This document shows, one piece after another, positions 53,215 through 64,000 of a stretch of DNA of 64,000 bases. The first letter of the stretch is position 1. The number at the start of each line of letters is the position of its first letter. The position numbers were made by a program, and so were the translations under genes. Below the pieces are notes generated by a model that worked only from the letters and a program-made list of their open reading frames with translations, ran no database searches and was not told the origin of the DNA. This stretch comes from Chloroflexota bacterium (GTDB taxonomy: Bacteria > Chloroflexota > Dehalococcoidia > DSGV01), in the NCBI GenBank assembly GCA_021787985.1, contig JAJYLG010000006.1, positions 7,611 to 71,610 of the forward strand. Reading direction: 5' to 3'.

Positions 53215-54192
53215 ATGCGCATCGGCGTCCAGCCACCGACCGCGGGGCCACAGGCGACACCGGAGTTCATCTTGCGCTTCACCGAGCTGGCGGAACGGCT
53301 CGGGTTCGACTCGGTCCAGATCACCGACCACATCGTGGTGCCGGTGGAGATCGAGTCGCGCTATCCGTACAGCAGCACTGGTCGGATGGCCGCCGGGCCG
53401 GACGACGTCTATTGGGAGCCGCTCAGCCTCATCGCCTACCTGGCGGGCAAGACGAGCCGCATCCGCCTGGGGACGAGCGTGCTGATCGCCGCGTACCGCC
53501 ATCCCGTGGTCACGGCCAAGCAGCTCGCCTGCCTCGATGCGCTGAGCGGCGGCCGGATCGTCATCGGCATGGGCGTCGGCTGGATGGCGGAGGAGTTCCG
53601 CATCATGGGCGCGCCGCCGTTCGACGAGCGCGGCGCGGCGACGGAGGAGGTGGTCGAGATCTTCCGCCGCATCTGGCGCGACCAGCCGGCCGAGTTCCAC
53701 GGGCGCTACTGGTCCTTCTCGCCCATTGGCGCCATGCCCAAGCCCGTCCAACCGGGCGGTATCCCGATCGTGCTGGGCGGAGACAGCCGGCCGGCGATCC
53801 GGCGTGCCGCCCGCATCGGCGACGGCTGGCAGCCGTTCAAGCTGCCGCCGGACGAGCTGCGGCCGCGGCTGGGGTACCTGCGCGAGCAGGCGCAGGTCCA
53901 CGGCCGCGACCTCTCCTCGGGGTTCACGCTCTCGCTGCGCCTCGGCCTGCGCCTGACGGCCGGGCGGCCGGCCGAGCGGCGGCCGCGCGAGGAGCCGTGG
54001 CAGACGCTCGTCGGCACGGCCGAGCAGGTCGCGGCTGACCTGGAGGCGTACCACGCGCTGGGCGTGTCCGAAGTGGTCTTCGACTTCCGCACCTGCCGCC
54101 AAGAGGAGGCGATCGAGTCGCTACGGCTCGCCGCGGAGGGGCTGCTTCCGCGCGTGGCGCAGGGCGAGGAATCCGCGGATCAAAGCGGATGA
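53215..54192 (+). CDS. LLM-class (probably F420-dependent) oxidoreductase
   Basis: [40 protein letters not shown]. Confidence 0.88.
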   Translation: MRIGVQPPTAGPQATPEFILRFTELAERLGFDSVQITDHIVVPVEIESRYPYSSTGRMAAGPDDVYWEPLSLIAYLAGKTSRIRLGTSVLIAAYRHPVVTAKQLACLDALSGGRIVIGMGVGWMAEEFRIMGAPPFDERGAATEEVVEIFRRIWRDQPAEFHGRYWSFSPIGAMPKPVQPGGIPIVLGGDSRPAIRRAARIGDGWQPFKLPPDELRPRLGYLREQAQVHGRDLSSGFTLSLRLGLRLTAGRPAERRPREEPWQTLVGTAEQVAADLEAYHALGVSEVVFDFRTCRQEEAIESLRLAAEGLLPRVAQGEESADQSG

Positions 54193-54245
54193 CGCGGAAG
54201 GGCGCAGGGGGAAGCGCACCTTCCGCGTTGACGAGGCGGACGCCC

Positions 54246-55160
54246 CTACGGGCGCGGAACGGGCTGGATCGGCAGCAGCACGCGGTCCGGCCGGAAGAGG
54301 CCGGAGCGGGCGTCGAAACGGATGAGCGCGAGGAAGTCGCCCAGGTAGCTGTAAGCGCGCACGAGACGCCCATCGCGCGCCCGCGGCTGGACGCGCAGCA
54401 GATCGATGGGGTTGCCCTGGCGGACGGCCAGCGAATGGCGCTGACCGAGGATGGCCGCGTCCAGCCCGAGGACCGCCTCGTCGGGCGCGGACACGATCGC
54501 TGCGAAATGGCTCTCGGCGGCCGCGCGCTCGATCTCTTCGATGGAGAGCGCATCCTCCAGGCGCACGTGGCCGACGCGCGTGCGCACGAGCGCCGCCAGG
54601 TGGCCGCCGCAGCCGAGTCGCGCGCCGATGTCGTGCGCCAGCGCGCGTGCGTAGGTGCCCTTGGAGCAGTCCATCTCCAGCACGAGGTCGGGTGGCTCCC
54701 AGCGGAGTAGCTCCAGGCGCTCGATAGTGACGCGACGAGGCGGCAGCTCGGGCGGCTCGCCGCGTCGGGCGAGTCGGTAGGCGCGCTCGCCCGACACCTT
54801 GACGGCGCTGAAGGCGGGCGGCCGCTGGAGCTGCTCGCCCTCGAATTGGTGGAGCAACGCGCGCAGCCGCGCTTCATCGAGCTCAGGCACGGGCGCGGTC
54901 GCGGCCACGGTGCCGCTGGCGTCGTAGGTGTCGGTCTCGACTCCCAGGCGCACGGTGAGGAGATAGGTCTTCCCCGCCTCGGAGAGGAACTCCAGCAGGC
55001 GGGTGGCGCGTCCCAGGCCGCAGGGCAGGACGCCAGTGGCGATGGGGTCGAGCGTGCCGGCGTGGCCAATGCGCCGCTCGCCAGCGAGGCGCCGCAGGCG
55101 GGCGACGACGTCGTGCGACGTCCAGCCGGCGGGCTTGTCGACGACGAGCAGGCCATCCAT
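54246..55160 (-). CDS. truB: tRNA pseudouridine(55) synthase
   Basis: DKPAGWTSHD, GHAGTLDP, CSKGTYAR. Confidence 0.96.
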   Translation of the reverse strand: MDGLLVVDKPAGWTSHDVVARLRRLAGERRIGHAGTLDPIATGVLPCGLGRATRLLEFLSEAGKTYLLTVRLGVETDTYDASGTVAATAPVPELDEARLRALLHQFEGEQLQRPPAFSAVKVSGERAYRLARRGEPPELPPRRVTIERLELLRWEPPDLVLEMDCSKGTYARALAHDIGARLGCGGHLAALVRTRVGHVRLEDALSIEEIERAAAESHFAAIVSAPDEAVLGLDAAILGQRHSLAVRQGNPIDLLRVQPRARDGRLVRAYSYLGDFLALIRFDARSGLFRPDRVLLPIQPVPRP

Positions 55161-55480
55161 CAGACGAGCGTCACCGGCTCGGCCGCTACCCAGGCGTGGT
55201 GTTGGGGGGTGCGCTGGACGTGGTCCCGGCGCATGGCGTCGCGCTCGAGCAGAGTGGGGTTGCGGTGGAGGCACCAGAGGGAGGACCAGGGCTGGAGGGT
55301 CACGACATAAGACCGGCCGACACACGGATCGAACACGGACCAGCCGCCGGGGAGGGCGTAGAGGCGCGCCGCGCTCTCGAGGTCGAGCGCCACGGCGGCT
55401 TGCGACAGCGCGAGGTTGCGGCTGCGGCGGCGCGGGTCCGCCGGCGCGAGCGCGGGGCGGGCATCAGCCGCCGGTCTCAT
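55160..55480 (-). CDS. Hypothetical protein between rbfA and truB
   Basis: Fills the gap and its stop overlaps truB ATG; no motif recognised. Confidence 0.4.
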   Translation of the reverse strand: MRPAADARPALAPADPRRRSRNLALSQAAVALDLESAARLYALPGGWSVFDPCVGRSYVVTLQPWSSLWCLHRNPTLLERDAMRRDHVQRTPQHHAWVAAEPVTLV

Positions 55481-55853
55481 GCTTCGCACCGCGGCGCGTG
55501 GCCGCCGTTGTCTCGCTCGCCTCGCGCAGCAGCCCGCTGACGCGCACGCCGCGCTCGATGGAGTCGTCGCGGCGGAAGCTGAGCATGGGGATGTGGCGTA
55601 GCGAGGGGATGTGCTCACGCAGGGCGCGACGGATGAACGGTGTGGCCCGCTCCAGGGCCCGCATCGCCCCCTGGCGCTCCTCCTCGGGGCCGTAGATGCT
55701 GACGAACACGCGCGCGAAGCGTAGGTCGGGCGAGACCTCGACGCTGGTGATCGAGATGAGCCCGCCAAGGCGCGGGTCGCTGACCTCACGCTGCAGCAGT
55801 TGGGCGATCTCGGCGCGCAGCAGCTCGTTGACGCGCAATGTCCTGCGGGACAT
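55464..55853 (-). CDS. rbfA: Ribosome-binding factor A
   Basis: RVNELLR..DPRL..VEVSPDL..ARVFVS..P.LSFRRDDSIE. Confidence 0.95.
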   Translation of the reverse strand: MSRRTLRVNELLRAEIAQLLQREVSDPRLGGLISITSVEVSPDLRFARVFVSIYGPEEERQGAMRALERATPFIRRALREHIPSLRHIPMLSFRRDDSIERGVRVSGLLREASETTAATRRGAKHETGG

Positions 55854-55895
55854 GGTCGGTGCCTGTCGCTTTCCGGAGCCGCGGGCTGCCGGGCC

Positions 55896-57677
55896 TCAGG
55901 CGCCCTGGCGCTCCTGGTGGAGGAACTCGAGGACGTCGCCCTCCTGCACGTCGTCGAAGCCGTCGAGGCCGATGCCGCACTCGTATCCGGACTGGACGTC
56001 GCGCACGTCGTCTTTGCCACGCTTGAGGCTGCCCAGCCGGCCGGCCCACACCTGCTCCTTGCCGCGCAACAGCCGCACCTGGAGGTTGCGCGCCACGTGG
56101 CCGTCGGTGACGTAGCAGCCGGCGATGTTGCCGAGCCGGCTGATGTGGAAGATGCGGCGGACCTCGGCGTGTCCGTCCACCACCTCCTTCATCACGGGCT
56201 CGAGCATGCCGGCCAGCGCCTTCTGCACGTCTTCGGTGAGCTGATAGATGATGCGGTATTGGCGGACCTCGACGCCCCCCTGCTCGGCCATGGCGAGCGC
56301 GGCCGGCTCAGGCCGGGTGTTGAAACCGATGATGATGGCGTCTGATGCCTCGGCGAGCATGACATCGCTCTCGGTGATGGTGCCTGCCGCCGAGTGGATG
56401 ACGCGCACCTTCACCTGGTCCGTGCTGAGCCGTTCGAGCGACATGCGGATCGGTTCGATGGAGCCGTGCACGTCGGTCTTGAGGACGACGTTCAACTGCT
56501 TGACGTTGCCGGCGGTGATCTCGCCGAAGAGCGCGTCGAGCGACACGCCGCGGTGACCCTGGGCGGCGGCCGCCTGGCGCTCGCGTCGGCGGCTCTCGGC
56601 CGTCTCCTTGGCGGTGCGCTCGTCCTTCACGGCAGTGAGCACCGAGCCGGCGGGCGGAACCTCTTGCAGGCCGCTGAGCTGAACGGGCGCGCTCGGCCCG
56701 GCCTCCTTCACCTGCTGGCCGCGCTCATTGAACATGGCCTTGATGCGGCCCCAGGTCTCATCCACCACCACCGCATCGCCGCGGCGTAGCGTGCCCGTCT
56801 TCACGAGCACCGTGGCCAGCGGGCCGCGGTTGCGGTCGAGCGTGGATTCGACCGCGACACCGGCGGCGGGGCGCTTGGGGTCGGCCTTGAGCTCCAGCAC
56901 CTCGGCCAGCACCACGAGGTTCTCCAGCAGGTCGTCGATCCCTTCGCCCGTCTTGGCCGAGACCGGAACGCAAATCGTGTCGCCGCCGTATTCCTCGATC
57001 ACGACGCCGTGCTGCACGAGTTGCTGCTTTACCCGGTCCGGGTTGGCGCCGGGAAGGTCGATCTTGTTGACGGCGACGATCATCGGCACCTCGGCGGCGC
57101 GCGCGTGGTTGATCGCTTCGATGGTCTGCGGCATCACGCCGTCATCGGCTGCCACGACCAGCACCGCGATGTCCGTAACCTGAGCGCCACGCGCCCGCAT
57201 CGCGGTGAAGGCCTCGTGGCCGGGCGTGTCGATGAAGGTGATGCGCTGGCCCTTGTGCTCGACCTGGTAGGCGCCGATGTGCTGGGTGATGCCGCCGGCT
57301 TCGCCCGCCGCCACCTCCGCGCGGCGGATGCGGTCGAGCAGGCTGGTCTTGCCATGGTCGACGTGGCCGAGCACGGTGACGACCGGTGGGCGGATGACGG
57401 CGCCCGGCTCGACGTCGCGGCCGAGCTTCCTTGCCTCGGCCGCCACCGCGACCTCACGCCGCTGTACCGAGCGACGCTCCACCTCAACGCCGATCTCGCG
57501 CGCCACCGCGGCGGCCGCGTCGAAGTTGATGACGGCATTGACCGACGCCATGATGCCGTGCTTCATGAGCTCCTTGATGACCTCCACCGGGCTGATGCCC
57601 AGCGCGTCGGCCAGCTCCTTGACGGTCATGACGTCGGGCAGCTCAACCGCGGCGGTAACCGCTTTCACCTCTGCCAC
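55896..57677 (-). CDS. infB: Translation initiation factor IF-2 (short form)
   Basis: [26 protein letters not shown]. Confidence 0.97.
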   Translation of the reverse strand: MAEVKAVTAAVELPDVMTVKELADALGISPVEVIKELMKHGIMASVNAVINFDAAAAVAREIGVEVERRSVQRREVAVAAEARKLGRDVEPGAVIRPPVVTVLGHVDHGKTSLLDRIRRAEVAAGEAGGITQHIGAYQVEHKGQRITFIDTPGHEAFTAMRARGAQVTDIAVLVVAADDGVMPQTIEAINHARAAEVPMIVAVNKIDLPGANPDRVKQQLVQHGVVIEEYGGDTICVPVSAKTGEGIDDLLENLVVLAEVLELKADPKRPAAGVAVESTLDRNRGPLATVLVKTGTLRRGDAVVVDETWGRIKAMFNERGQQVKEAGPSAPVQLSGLQEVPPAGSVLTAVKDERTAKETAESRRRERQAAAAQGHRGVSLDALFGEITAGNVKQLNVVLKTDVHGSIEPIRMSLERLSTDQVKVRVIHSAAGTITESDVMLAEASDAIIIGFNTRPEPAALAMAEQGGVEVRQYRIIYQLTEDVQKALAGMLEPVMKEVVDGHAEVRRIFHISRLGNIAGCYVTDGHVARNLQVRLLRGKEQVWAGRLGSLKRGKDDVRDVQSGYECGIGLDGFDDVQEGDVLEFLHQERQGA

Positions 57678-57679
57678 CT

Positions 57680-58030
57680 CTACCGCTCCATTTCTCCGAC
57701 CTGGACGCCCTCCGCGGCCTCGACCGACTCCGGGAGGGACGCGGCGTAGGCTCGCAGCGCCTCCAGGTCCCCGGGGCGGATCTCAGCTCGCAGCGCGCTG
57801 GCCAGGCGTCCGCGCTTCAGCGCGGCGTCCCAGCAAGACCGCTGCGGGCACAGGTAGGCGCCGCGCCCGTTCGCCTTACCGGTGGGATCGACCCGGACCG
57901 CGCCGTCCGGCGCCCGCACGGTGCGCACAAACTGGCGCTTCGTTGAGGCAATGCGGCAGCCGACGCACGTCCGCTGGGGGACGTGCCGGGCCCGTAGCCC
58001 ACCGCTGCTGCGCCGTGCGGTCGTCGCCAT
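57680..58030 (-). CDS. ylxR: YlxR-family RNA-binding protein
   Basis: [19 protein letters not shown]. Confidence 0.92.
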   Translation of the reverse strand: MATTARRSSGGLRARHVPQRTCVGCRIASTKRQFVRTVRAPDGAVRVDPTGKANGRGAYLCPQRSCWDAALKRGRLASALRAEIRPGDLEALRAYAASLPESVEAAEGVQVGEMER

Positions 58031-58046
58031 AGCGCTCCATCCCCGC

Positions 58047-59492
58047 TCACCGCGGGAGCAGGTAGCTGAATTCGTCGTCCTCTTCTTCCGGTTCGGCTGC
58101 GGCCCGCTTGGGCCGCTTCGCCTTCTTCGCCGCGCGGGCGACCTCGGTCTCGGTCTCGATCCGCTCGTCTTTCGCCTTGCGCTTCTTCTTGCCGTCGCCC
58201 TCGACCGTCGGCAGGACCTCTTCGGCGAAGCGCAGCGTGCGCGGGCGTTCCTCCTCCGTGGTCCTGAGCAGCTCGGCCACCGGGATGACCTCGGCCTCTT
58301 CGGCCCGTTCTTCCTCGGCGGGGGCCTCGGCGGCGATGGGCTCGGCATCCGGCCCAACCGGCTCGGGCGCGGGCGCCACCGGCTGCTGGAGGGCCTCGGG
58401 CTCGGGCTCAGCCACGATCTGTGTCGGGACGTCCAGCGGCACGGTCGGCTCGGTCTTCTGCACGAGCGACTGGCTCTTGATGTCGATCCGCCAGCCGGAG
58501 AGCTTGGCTGCCAGGCGGGCGTTCTGTCCCTCTTTGCCGATGGCGAGCGAGAGCTGCCGGTCCGGCACGATCACGGTCGCGGTGCGGGTGGCCTCGTCGA
58601 TCGTGACGCTGAGCACCTCGGCCGGGCTGAGGGCGTTGGCGACGAAGCGGGCCGGGTCCGCGTCCCACTGAATGACGTCCACGCGCTCCCCGCCCAGCTC
58701 GTTGACGATGTTCTGGATGCGGATGCCGCGCATGCCGACGCACGCACCGACCGGGTCGACGCCTGCTTGACGACCGGCCACGGACACCTTCGAGCGATAG
58801 CCCGGCTCGCGCGCGATGGACTTGATCTCGACGGTGCCGCGGTAGATCTCCGGCACCTCCAGCTCGAACAGGCGGCGAAGCAGGTTCTTGTGCGCGCGAC
58901 TGACCGCGACCTGTGGTCCCTTGCCGCTCTTCTCGACGCGCAAGACGTATACCTTGATGCGCTGGCCCGGGCGGTAGCGTTCTGCCCGCACCATTTCGGC
59001 GGCAGGCATCTCGGCCTCCGTCCGTCCGAGGTCGATGACCACCCGCCGGTGCTCCTCGACGCGCTGGATCATGCCGGAGACGATGTCGCCCTCCTTGCCG
59101 GCGAACTCGTCGTATACTGCTTCGCGCTCCGCCTCGCGCAGCTTTTGCAGCACCACCTGTTTGGCCGTCTGGGCGGCGATACGGCCGGCGTTCTCGGGTT
59201 GCGCGGCGATGGGCACCGAATCGCCAACGAACGCGCGGCCGACAAGATGGCGGGCCTCGGTGAGCGAGATCTCCGTGTCCGGGTTCTCCACCTCGTCGAC
59301 GACCAGCTTCTGGATGTACGCCTGGATCGCACCAGTGGCCTGATCGATGCGGACCAGAACCGGCGCGTCGGTATCGAGCTCCTTCTTGTACGCAGACGCA
59401 AGCGCCTGCTCGACGGCCTCGATGACCGTCTCTTGCGGCAGCCCTTTCTCCGTCGACAGTTGCTTGATCGCGATGATGAACTCGCTCTTCAT
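58047..59492 (-). CDS. nusA: Transcription termination factor NusA
   Basis: [39 protein letters not shown]. Confidence 0.97.
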   Translation of the reverse strand: MKSEFIIAIKQLSTEKGLPQETVIEAVEQALASAYKKELDTDAPVLVRIDQATGAIQAYIQKLVVDEVENPDTEISLTEARHLVGRAFVGDSVPIAAQPENAGRIAAQTAKQVVLQKLREAEREAVYDEFAGKEGDIVSGMIQRVEEHRRVVIDLGRTEAEMPAAEMVRAERYRPGQRIKVYVLRVEKSGKGPQVAVSRAHKNLLRRLFELEVPEIYRGTVEIKSIAREPGYRSKVSVAGRQAGVDPVGACVGMRGIRIQNIVNELGGERVDVIQWDADPARFVANALSPAEVLSVTIDEATRTATVIVPDRQLSLAIGKEGQNARLAAKLSGWRIDIKSQSLVQKTEPTVPLDVPTQIVAEPEPEALQQPVAPAPEPVGPDAEPIAAEAPAEEERAEEAEVIPVAELLRTTEEERPRTLRFAEEVLPTVEGDGKKKRKAKDERIETETEVARAAKKAKRPKRAAAEPEEEDDEFSYLLPR

Positions 59493-59529
59493 GCCACCTG
59501 GCCCCAGCGTAGGCGGACGGTGCGCCAAC

Positions 59530-59553
59530 AAAAAAGTGGGCGCAGGCCCACTT
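59530..59553 (-). promoter_or_regulatory. rimP-leader-like attenuator hairpin upstream of nusA
   Basis: AAGTGGGC-ctgc-GCCCACTTTTTT on minus strand; extended -10 TGCTATTCT at 59579-59587. Confidence 0.7.
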
Positions 59554-59634
59554 GGTGAAGGTCGTCCATGCCAAGAAGAGAATAGCAAAGCTGGCCGCCG
59601 GCAACAAGGCCGGCCGGCGGTCAGCCGCGATGGA

Positions 59635-60507
59635 TCATGGGTAGCGGTACTCGCCGAACCCCGAGTACCGCGGCCGGACCGGCTGCACCGCCGGCGGCAC
59701 CTGGATGTCCACCGGCTGCAGGTGCTCGGTCACGCTTTGCACACGCGGGTGGTCGTAGTTCAAGCGCGCGACCGTGATCTCTCGCCCGCCTCGTTCGGCG
59801 ACCTCGCGTACCAGGATGCCGTCCTGCACCATGTGCGTGACCGCGGTCGAGGTCAGCGGCTCGCCCGCCGGAATGGCGTTGCGGCGGTCGCGAGCCCAGT
59901 CGAGGATCAGGCGCACGGTCCAGAATCCGAGCGGGGCGCTCTTGGTGTGGACCATCGCGACGATGGCGTCGATCACGTCGTCGAGCTGGATGTTGGGGTC
60001 GGGCTGGGCGACCTCGATGGGGTCTTCCTCGCTGCCTGCGGCCAGCAGCAGGTCGCTGGAGACCGTTCCCGGCACGCCGGAGATGACGACCCGCTTGCTG
60101 AAGCGGTGGCGGAGCATGGTGACCAGCCGGATGTAGTCCGGGTCGCCGGTCATGAGCACGTAGGTGTGGACGCCCGGCCGGTCGATGGCGGTCTCGAGGG
60201 CGTCCATCACCAGGTGCATGTCGGAAGGCGCCCGGACCCGCTCCACACCGTTGGCCAGGAAGCGCCGGCTGGGCACGTCGCGCACGGTCACGCCGCCGAT
60301 CTCCAGGTGACGGCGGACCCAGTCCGGGTGCTCGTTGAAGTCCGCGTAGGCAAAGGCCGCGGCCAAGGTGCCGTGCGTTTTCGCCTTCTCGACGAAGCTC
60401 TGGACTGCCGGTTCCTGGCCGTACTTGCGCAGCCCGTGGCGGATGTTGTCGAAGTCGATGAAGAGGGCCACCTCGCCCACCCCGGTCAGTTCAGAAGTCG
60501 CGTCCAT
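59635..60507 (-). CDS. NYN (LabA/DUF88) domain protein
   Basis: LFIDFDN, SDMHLVMDAL, LMTGDPDY. Confidence 0.87.
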   Translation of the reverse strand: MDATSELTGVGEVALFIDFDNIRHGLRKYGQEPAVQSFVEKAKTHGTLAAAFAYADFNEHPDWVRRHLEIGGVTVRDVPSRRFLANGVERVRAPSDMHLVMDALETAIDRPGVHTYVLMTGDPDYIRLVTMLRHRFSKRVVISGVPGTVSSDLLLAAGSEEDPIEVAQPDPNIQLDDVIDAIVAMVHTKSAPLGFWTVRLILDWARDRRNAIPAGEPLTSTAVTHMVQDGILVREVAERGGREITVARLNYDHPRVQSVTEHLQPVDIQVPPAVQPVRPRYSGFGEYRYP

Positions 60508-60602
60508 CGCTCATCACACCTCGTAGCTGGTGGGGGTCTCGACGGCATCTGTAGCAGGAATCTTTGCAAGTATAACGCCATATCTCGCACCTGTATCAAC
60601 TG

Positions 60603-62309
60603 TCAGTCGTACTCTTTTCGCGCCAGCCATGCGGCGGTCCGCGCGGCGACCTCGCCCAGCGGCAGGCGCTCGGTGCGGCCATCCGCCCGGGCGCGCAGCT
60701 CGGCCTCGCCGCTCGCGACCGCGCGCGGGCTGACGACCACGCGCAGCGGCATCCCGAGCAGGTCGGCATCGTTGAGCTTCACGCCGGCCGACTCGGCGCG
60801 GTCGTCGTACAGCACCTCGATCCCCGCCGCCCGGCAGGACTCGTAGACGGTGTCGGCCGCCGCGCGGACGTCCTGCCGCTCGATATTGAGCCCGACCAGG
60901 TGAACGGCAAAAGGGGCCACCGAGCGGGGCCAGACGATGCCGGCCTCATCGTGGTTGGCTTCGATCACCGCCGCCAGCAGCCGATCGACGCCGATGCCGT
61001 AGCAGCCCATCACGCAGGGCTGCAGGCGGCCGTCGGCGGTGAGATAGCCGGCGCGCAGCTTCTCGGCGTAGACCGTGCCGAGCTTGAAGACGTGGCCGAG
61101 CTCAATGCCCCGCCGCTGTTGGAGCGTGGTCCCGCACTGGGGGCAGGCATCGCCGGCGCGGGCGAGCGCGATGTCGGTCAGGATATCGGCGCGCCAGTCG
61201 CGTCCGATGTTGACGTTCATCAGGTGGCGATCGGCCCGGTTCGCGCCGGCCACCAGGTTGGTTCCCTGCGCCGAGTCGTCGGCCACGACGGTCATGCCGC
61301 GGACACCGATAGGCGAGGCTGAGCCCGCCACCAGCCCGTGACGCCGCGCCTCGTCGTCGCTCATCAGTCGCAGCTCGGTCGCCCGGAGCGCGTTGCGCAG
61401 CTTGACCTCGTTGACCTCCAGGTCGCCACGGATCGCCACGAAGAGGGCGCGCCCGTCGGCGACGTAGAACACCGCTTTCAGGGTGCGGCTGGCCGGCACG
61501 CCCAGGAACCGCACCAGCTCCTCGATGGTCCGGACGCCGGGCGTGTACACCTCTTCGCGCGGAGCGAGAGGCTCGGCCGGCGCCGGAGGCTTGCGCAGCT
61601 CCGCTTTCTCCGCGTTGGCGGTGTACCGGCAGGCAGGGCAGAGCAGGCAGGTGTCCTCGCCGATGTCCGTGAGGTACATGAATTCCTGGGAGTCCCTGCC
61701 GCCGATGGCGCCACTGTCGGCCAGCACCGCGACGGCGGGCACGCCGCACCGGGCGAAGATGCGGGCGTAGGCGCGCACCATGGCGTCGTAGGAGCGGTCG
61801 AGGCCTTCCCAGTCGGCGTCGAAGGAGTACAGGTCCTTCATGGTGAACTCGCGCACGCGCACCAGACCGCCGCGGGAGCGCGGCTCGTCGCGGAACTTGG
61901 TCTGGACTTGGTAAGGGAGCACGGGCAAGTCGCGATAGCTTTGCACGAGGCGGCGCACGAGATCGACGATGACCTCCTCGTGCGTGGGGCCGAGCACGAA
62001 CTCGCGTTCCCGCTTGTCGGTGGTGCGGAACAGCACGCTGGCCATCGTGTCGTCACGACCGGACTCGCGCCAGAGGTCGCGCGGTTGGAGCGCGGGCAGG
62101 TGAACCTCGACGCCGCCGGCTCCGTCCATCTCCTCGCGGATCACCTGGGTGATCTTGCGGTGCGCTCGCCAGCCGAGAGGCAGGAAGGAGTAGATGCCGG
62201 CGGCGAGCTGCTGGATCAGCCCGGCTCGCAGCAGGAGCTGATGGTTGGCCGTGTCGGCATCGTCCGGTGCCTCTCGCAAGGTGCGGATCAGCGATCCGGA
62301 GAAACGCAT
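60603..62309 (-). CDS. proS: Proline--tRNA ligase, bacterial type with INS editing domain
   Basis: LGPTHEE, KFRDEPR..REFTMKDLYSF, TLKAV, GIELGHVFKLG, MGCYGIG. Confidence 0.95.
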   Translation of the reverse strand: MRFSGSLIRTLREAPDDADTANHQLLLRAGLIQQLAAGIYSFLPLGWRAHRKITQVIREEMDGAGGVEVHLPALQPRDLWRESGRDDTMASVLFRTTDKREREFVLGPTHEEVIVDLVRRLVQSYRDLPVLPYQVQTKFRDEPRSRGGLVRVREFTMKDLYSFDADWEGLDRSYDAMVRAYARIFARCGVPAVAVLADSGAIGGRDSQEFMYLTDIGEDTCLLCPACRYTANAEKAELRKPPAPAEPLAPREEVYTPGVRTIEELVRFLGVPASRTLKAVFYVADGRALFVAIRGDLEVNEVKLRNALRATELRLMSDDEARRHGLVAGSASPIGVRGMTVVADDSAQGTNLVAGANRADRHLMNVNIGRDWRADILTDIALARAGDACPQCGTTLQQRRGIELGHVFKLGTVYAEKLRAGYLTADGRLQPCVMGCYGIGVDRLLAAVIEANHDEAGIVWPRSVAPFAVHLVGLNIERQDVRAAADTVYESCRAAGIEVLYDDRAESAGVKLNDADLLGMPLRVVVSPRAVASGEAELRARADGRTERLPLGEVAARTAAWLARKEYD

Positions 62310-62376
62310 GTCCCGCGGGCCCTCCTGAATGTAGCGATCCTGTGGGGGTGTGCGGACGCCCGCAAGGTGTGGGGGG

Positions 62377-63567
62377 TTACGGCGCGACGCGCGAGCTCGC
62401 CCGCTGCAGTGCGTCCGGGTACTTGATCCCGGCGCCAGTGTTGAGCAGCAGCACGCGCGAGCTGCTGGTGAGCACGCCACGGTCGCGCAGCAGCACGGCG
62501 GCGGCGAGGGTCGCGGCGCCTTCGGGGCAGACGAGCAGCCCCTCTTGCCGCGCCAGCAGGCGCATGCCGTCGAGGATCTGCTCGTCGGTGATCGCCACGG
62601 CGCCGCCGCCGGACTCACGGATCGCGGCCAGCACGGGGCGGTCGCCGAAGGGGCGCGGCACGCGCAGCCCGGCCGCGATGGTCAGCGGCCGTTCCCAGGG
62701 TTGCGCCTCCTCGGCGCCGGACTCCCAAGCGCGCACAAGCGGCGCGCAGCCCGCGCTCTGCACCGCGACGAGGAGCGGTTGGTGGTTGCCGCGGAGCCAG
62801 CCGAGCTCGCGCAGCTCGCGCATCGCCTTCCAGATGCCGACCAGGCCCGCGCCGCCGCCCGTCGGGCAAAGGATGACCTCCGGCGGATCCCATTCGAACT
62901 GCTCGGCGATCTCCAGGCCGAGCGTCTTCTTGCCCTCGATGCGGTATGGCTCGCGCATCGCCGAGACGTCGAACCAGCCGCGCAGGCGCGCCTGCTCGCT
63001 GGCGGCGCGGGCGCAGTCGTTGACGAGTCCACGGACGAGCACCAGGTCGGCGCCATAGGCGGCGACCTCCTGCCGGTTGGGCTCGGGGGCGTCCTGTGGC
63101 ATGAAGACGTGGCAGCCCAGCAGGCCGCGAGCGGCGTACGCGGCCCATGCGCCGCCTGCGTTGCCTGCCGAGGCGAGCACGATGTCATGGATGTTGAACT
63201 GGCGGGCCATCGAGAGGCCGCAACTGGCGCCGCGGGCTTTGAGCGAGCCGGTGGGGTTGACCGACTCGTCCTTGAGATAGAGGTGAGGCAGGTCGAGGCT
63301 GCCGCCCAGGTTCTCGAGCCGGACAACGGGAGTCCAGCCCTCGCCCATGGTCACGACCGCGCTGGCGTCCGAGACGGGCAGCAGCTCCCAGTAGCGCCAC
63401 ATCGTCGTGGCGCGCGGCGCGATCGCCTCCTTCGTGACCGCGCGTCGCACGTGTTCGAGGTCGTACTGCACGAGCAGGGGCGAGCCGCAGCCGCAGACGG
63501 CGGCCAGCTTGGACGCCTCGTAGCCGAGGTGGCAGCGTGGACACTCGAGGTGGCTGACGAAGCTCAC
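62377..63567 (-). CDS. thrC: Threonine synthase
   Basis: MGEGWTP, KDESVNPTGSLKARG, RIEGKKT, NTGAGIKY. Confidence 0.88.
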   Translation of the reverse strand: MSFVSHLECPRCHLGYEASKLAAVCGCGSPLLVQYDLEHVRRAVTKEAIAPRATTMWRYWELLPVSDASAVVTMGEGWTPVVRLENLGGSLDLPHLYLKDESVNPTGSLKARGASCGLSMARQFNIHDIVLASAGNAGGAWAAYAARGLLGCHVFMPQDAPEPNRQEVAAYGADLVLVRGLVNDCARAASEQARLRGWFDVSAMREPYRIEGKKTLGLEIAEQFEWDPPEVILCPTGGGAGLVGIWKAMRELRELGWLRGNHQPLLVAVQSAGCAPLVRAWESGAEEAQPWERPLTIAAGLRVPRPFGDRPVLAAIRESGGGAVAITDEQILDGMRLLARQEGLLVCPEGAATLAAAVLLRDRGVLTSSSRVLLLNTGAGIKYPDALQRASSRVAP

Positions 63568-63613
63568 GGCGGTCACCCCCAAGTGTGCGGCGCGCAGCGC
63601 GCTCGCGGAAGCA

Positions 63614-64000
63614 TCAGCGAACGAGCACCCCGCGGGCGCGCAGCAGCGGCGCCGCCGTCAGCACGGCGTCGCGCGGCTCGCCCGGCGCGATCTCCAGTGT
63701 GCGCACGGCCTCGGCCGGTAGCGCCGCGGCGATGGGCGCCCAATCCACGTCGCCGCGGCCCGGCGCGCGGTGGTCTCCGATGCCGAGGACATCGTGCAGG
63801 TGGATGCCGACCGCGTCCGGCAGCAGCTCCTGCAGCCAGCGCGACCGGTTGTGGAAGCCGAGACGGTGGAGCACCTCGGCATGACCGACGTCGTGCCAGT
63901 ACCCGACCGGCGAAGCCGCGAACTCGCGCAGTAGGGAGGCTGTCTCGTCCGGGTCAGGGATCTCATGGAAGTGGTAGCGGTTCTCGATCCCGATGGTGAT
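63614..64000 (-). CDS. Sugar phosphate isomerase/epimerase (TIM barrel), 5' truncated by window edge
   Basis: GIENRY, WHDVGH, HLHD, DHRAPGRGDVDW, TLEI. Confidence 0.8.
   Translation of the reverse strand: MTIGIENRYHFHEIPDPDETASLLREFAASPVGYWHDVGHAEVLHRLGFHNRSRWLQELLPDAVGIHLHDVLGIGDHRAPGRGDVDWAPIAAALPAEAVRTLEIAPGEPRDAVLTAAPLLRARGVLVR

Noticed and set aside
60569-60599. Sigma70 promoter TTGATA/TATACT for the NYN gene
   Set aside because: The -10 is plausible, but the 19-nt spacer makes the -35 pairing unsupported.

Overview
Very GC-rich bacterial chromosomal segment. Gene content (short IF2, DUF5679 mini-protein, VKOR/DsbA pair, many LLM oxidoreductases) suggests Chloroflexota, probably Dehalococcoidia-like; this is inference. 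Housekeeping blocks: an interrupted F1 ATP synthase operon (atpH-[DinB-like]-atpA-atpG-[HAD]-atpD-atpC) running into dsbA-vkor-murA-mreB, rex, nnr/acpS/folD/nfi/prfB (programmed +1 frameshift), nusA-ylxR-infB-rbfA-truB, thrC, and two different prolyl-tRNA synthetases. Two accessory systems stand out. (1) 17.8-31.6 kb: a candidate SipW-dependent surface-fibre locus. It has an ER-type signal peptidase fusion, two small subunits sharing the motif AFTATNTV, three paralogous secreted proteins (one fusing a subunit-like domain to the paralog domain) and a membrane-anchored Ig-like protein. Upstream lie a degenerate GGDEF protein with an intact RxxD I-site and two pseudo-receiver regulators. (2) 40.7-46.9 kb: a mycobacterial-style phosphatidylinositol-mannoside cluster (ino1, two PatA-like acyltransferases, a PHP phosphoesterase, pimA-like GT4, PIP synthase). 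No rRNA, tRNA, CRISPR array or transposase was recognised. All family assignments come from motif recognition by eye, not database searches.
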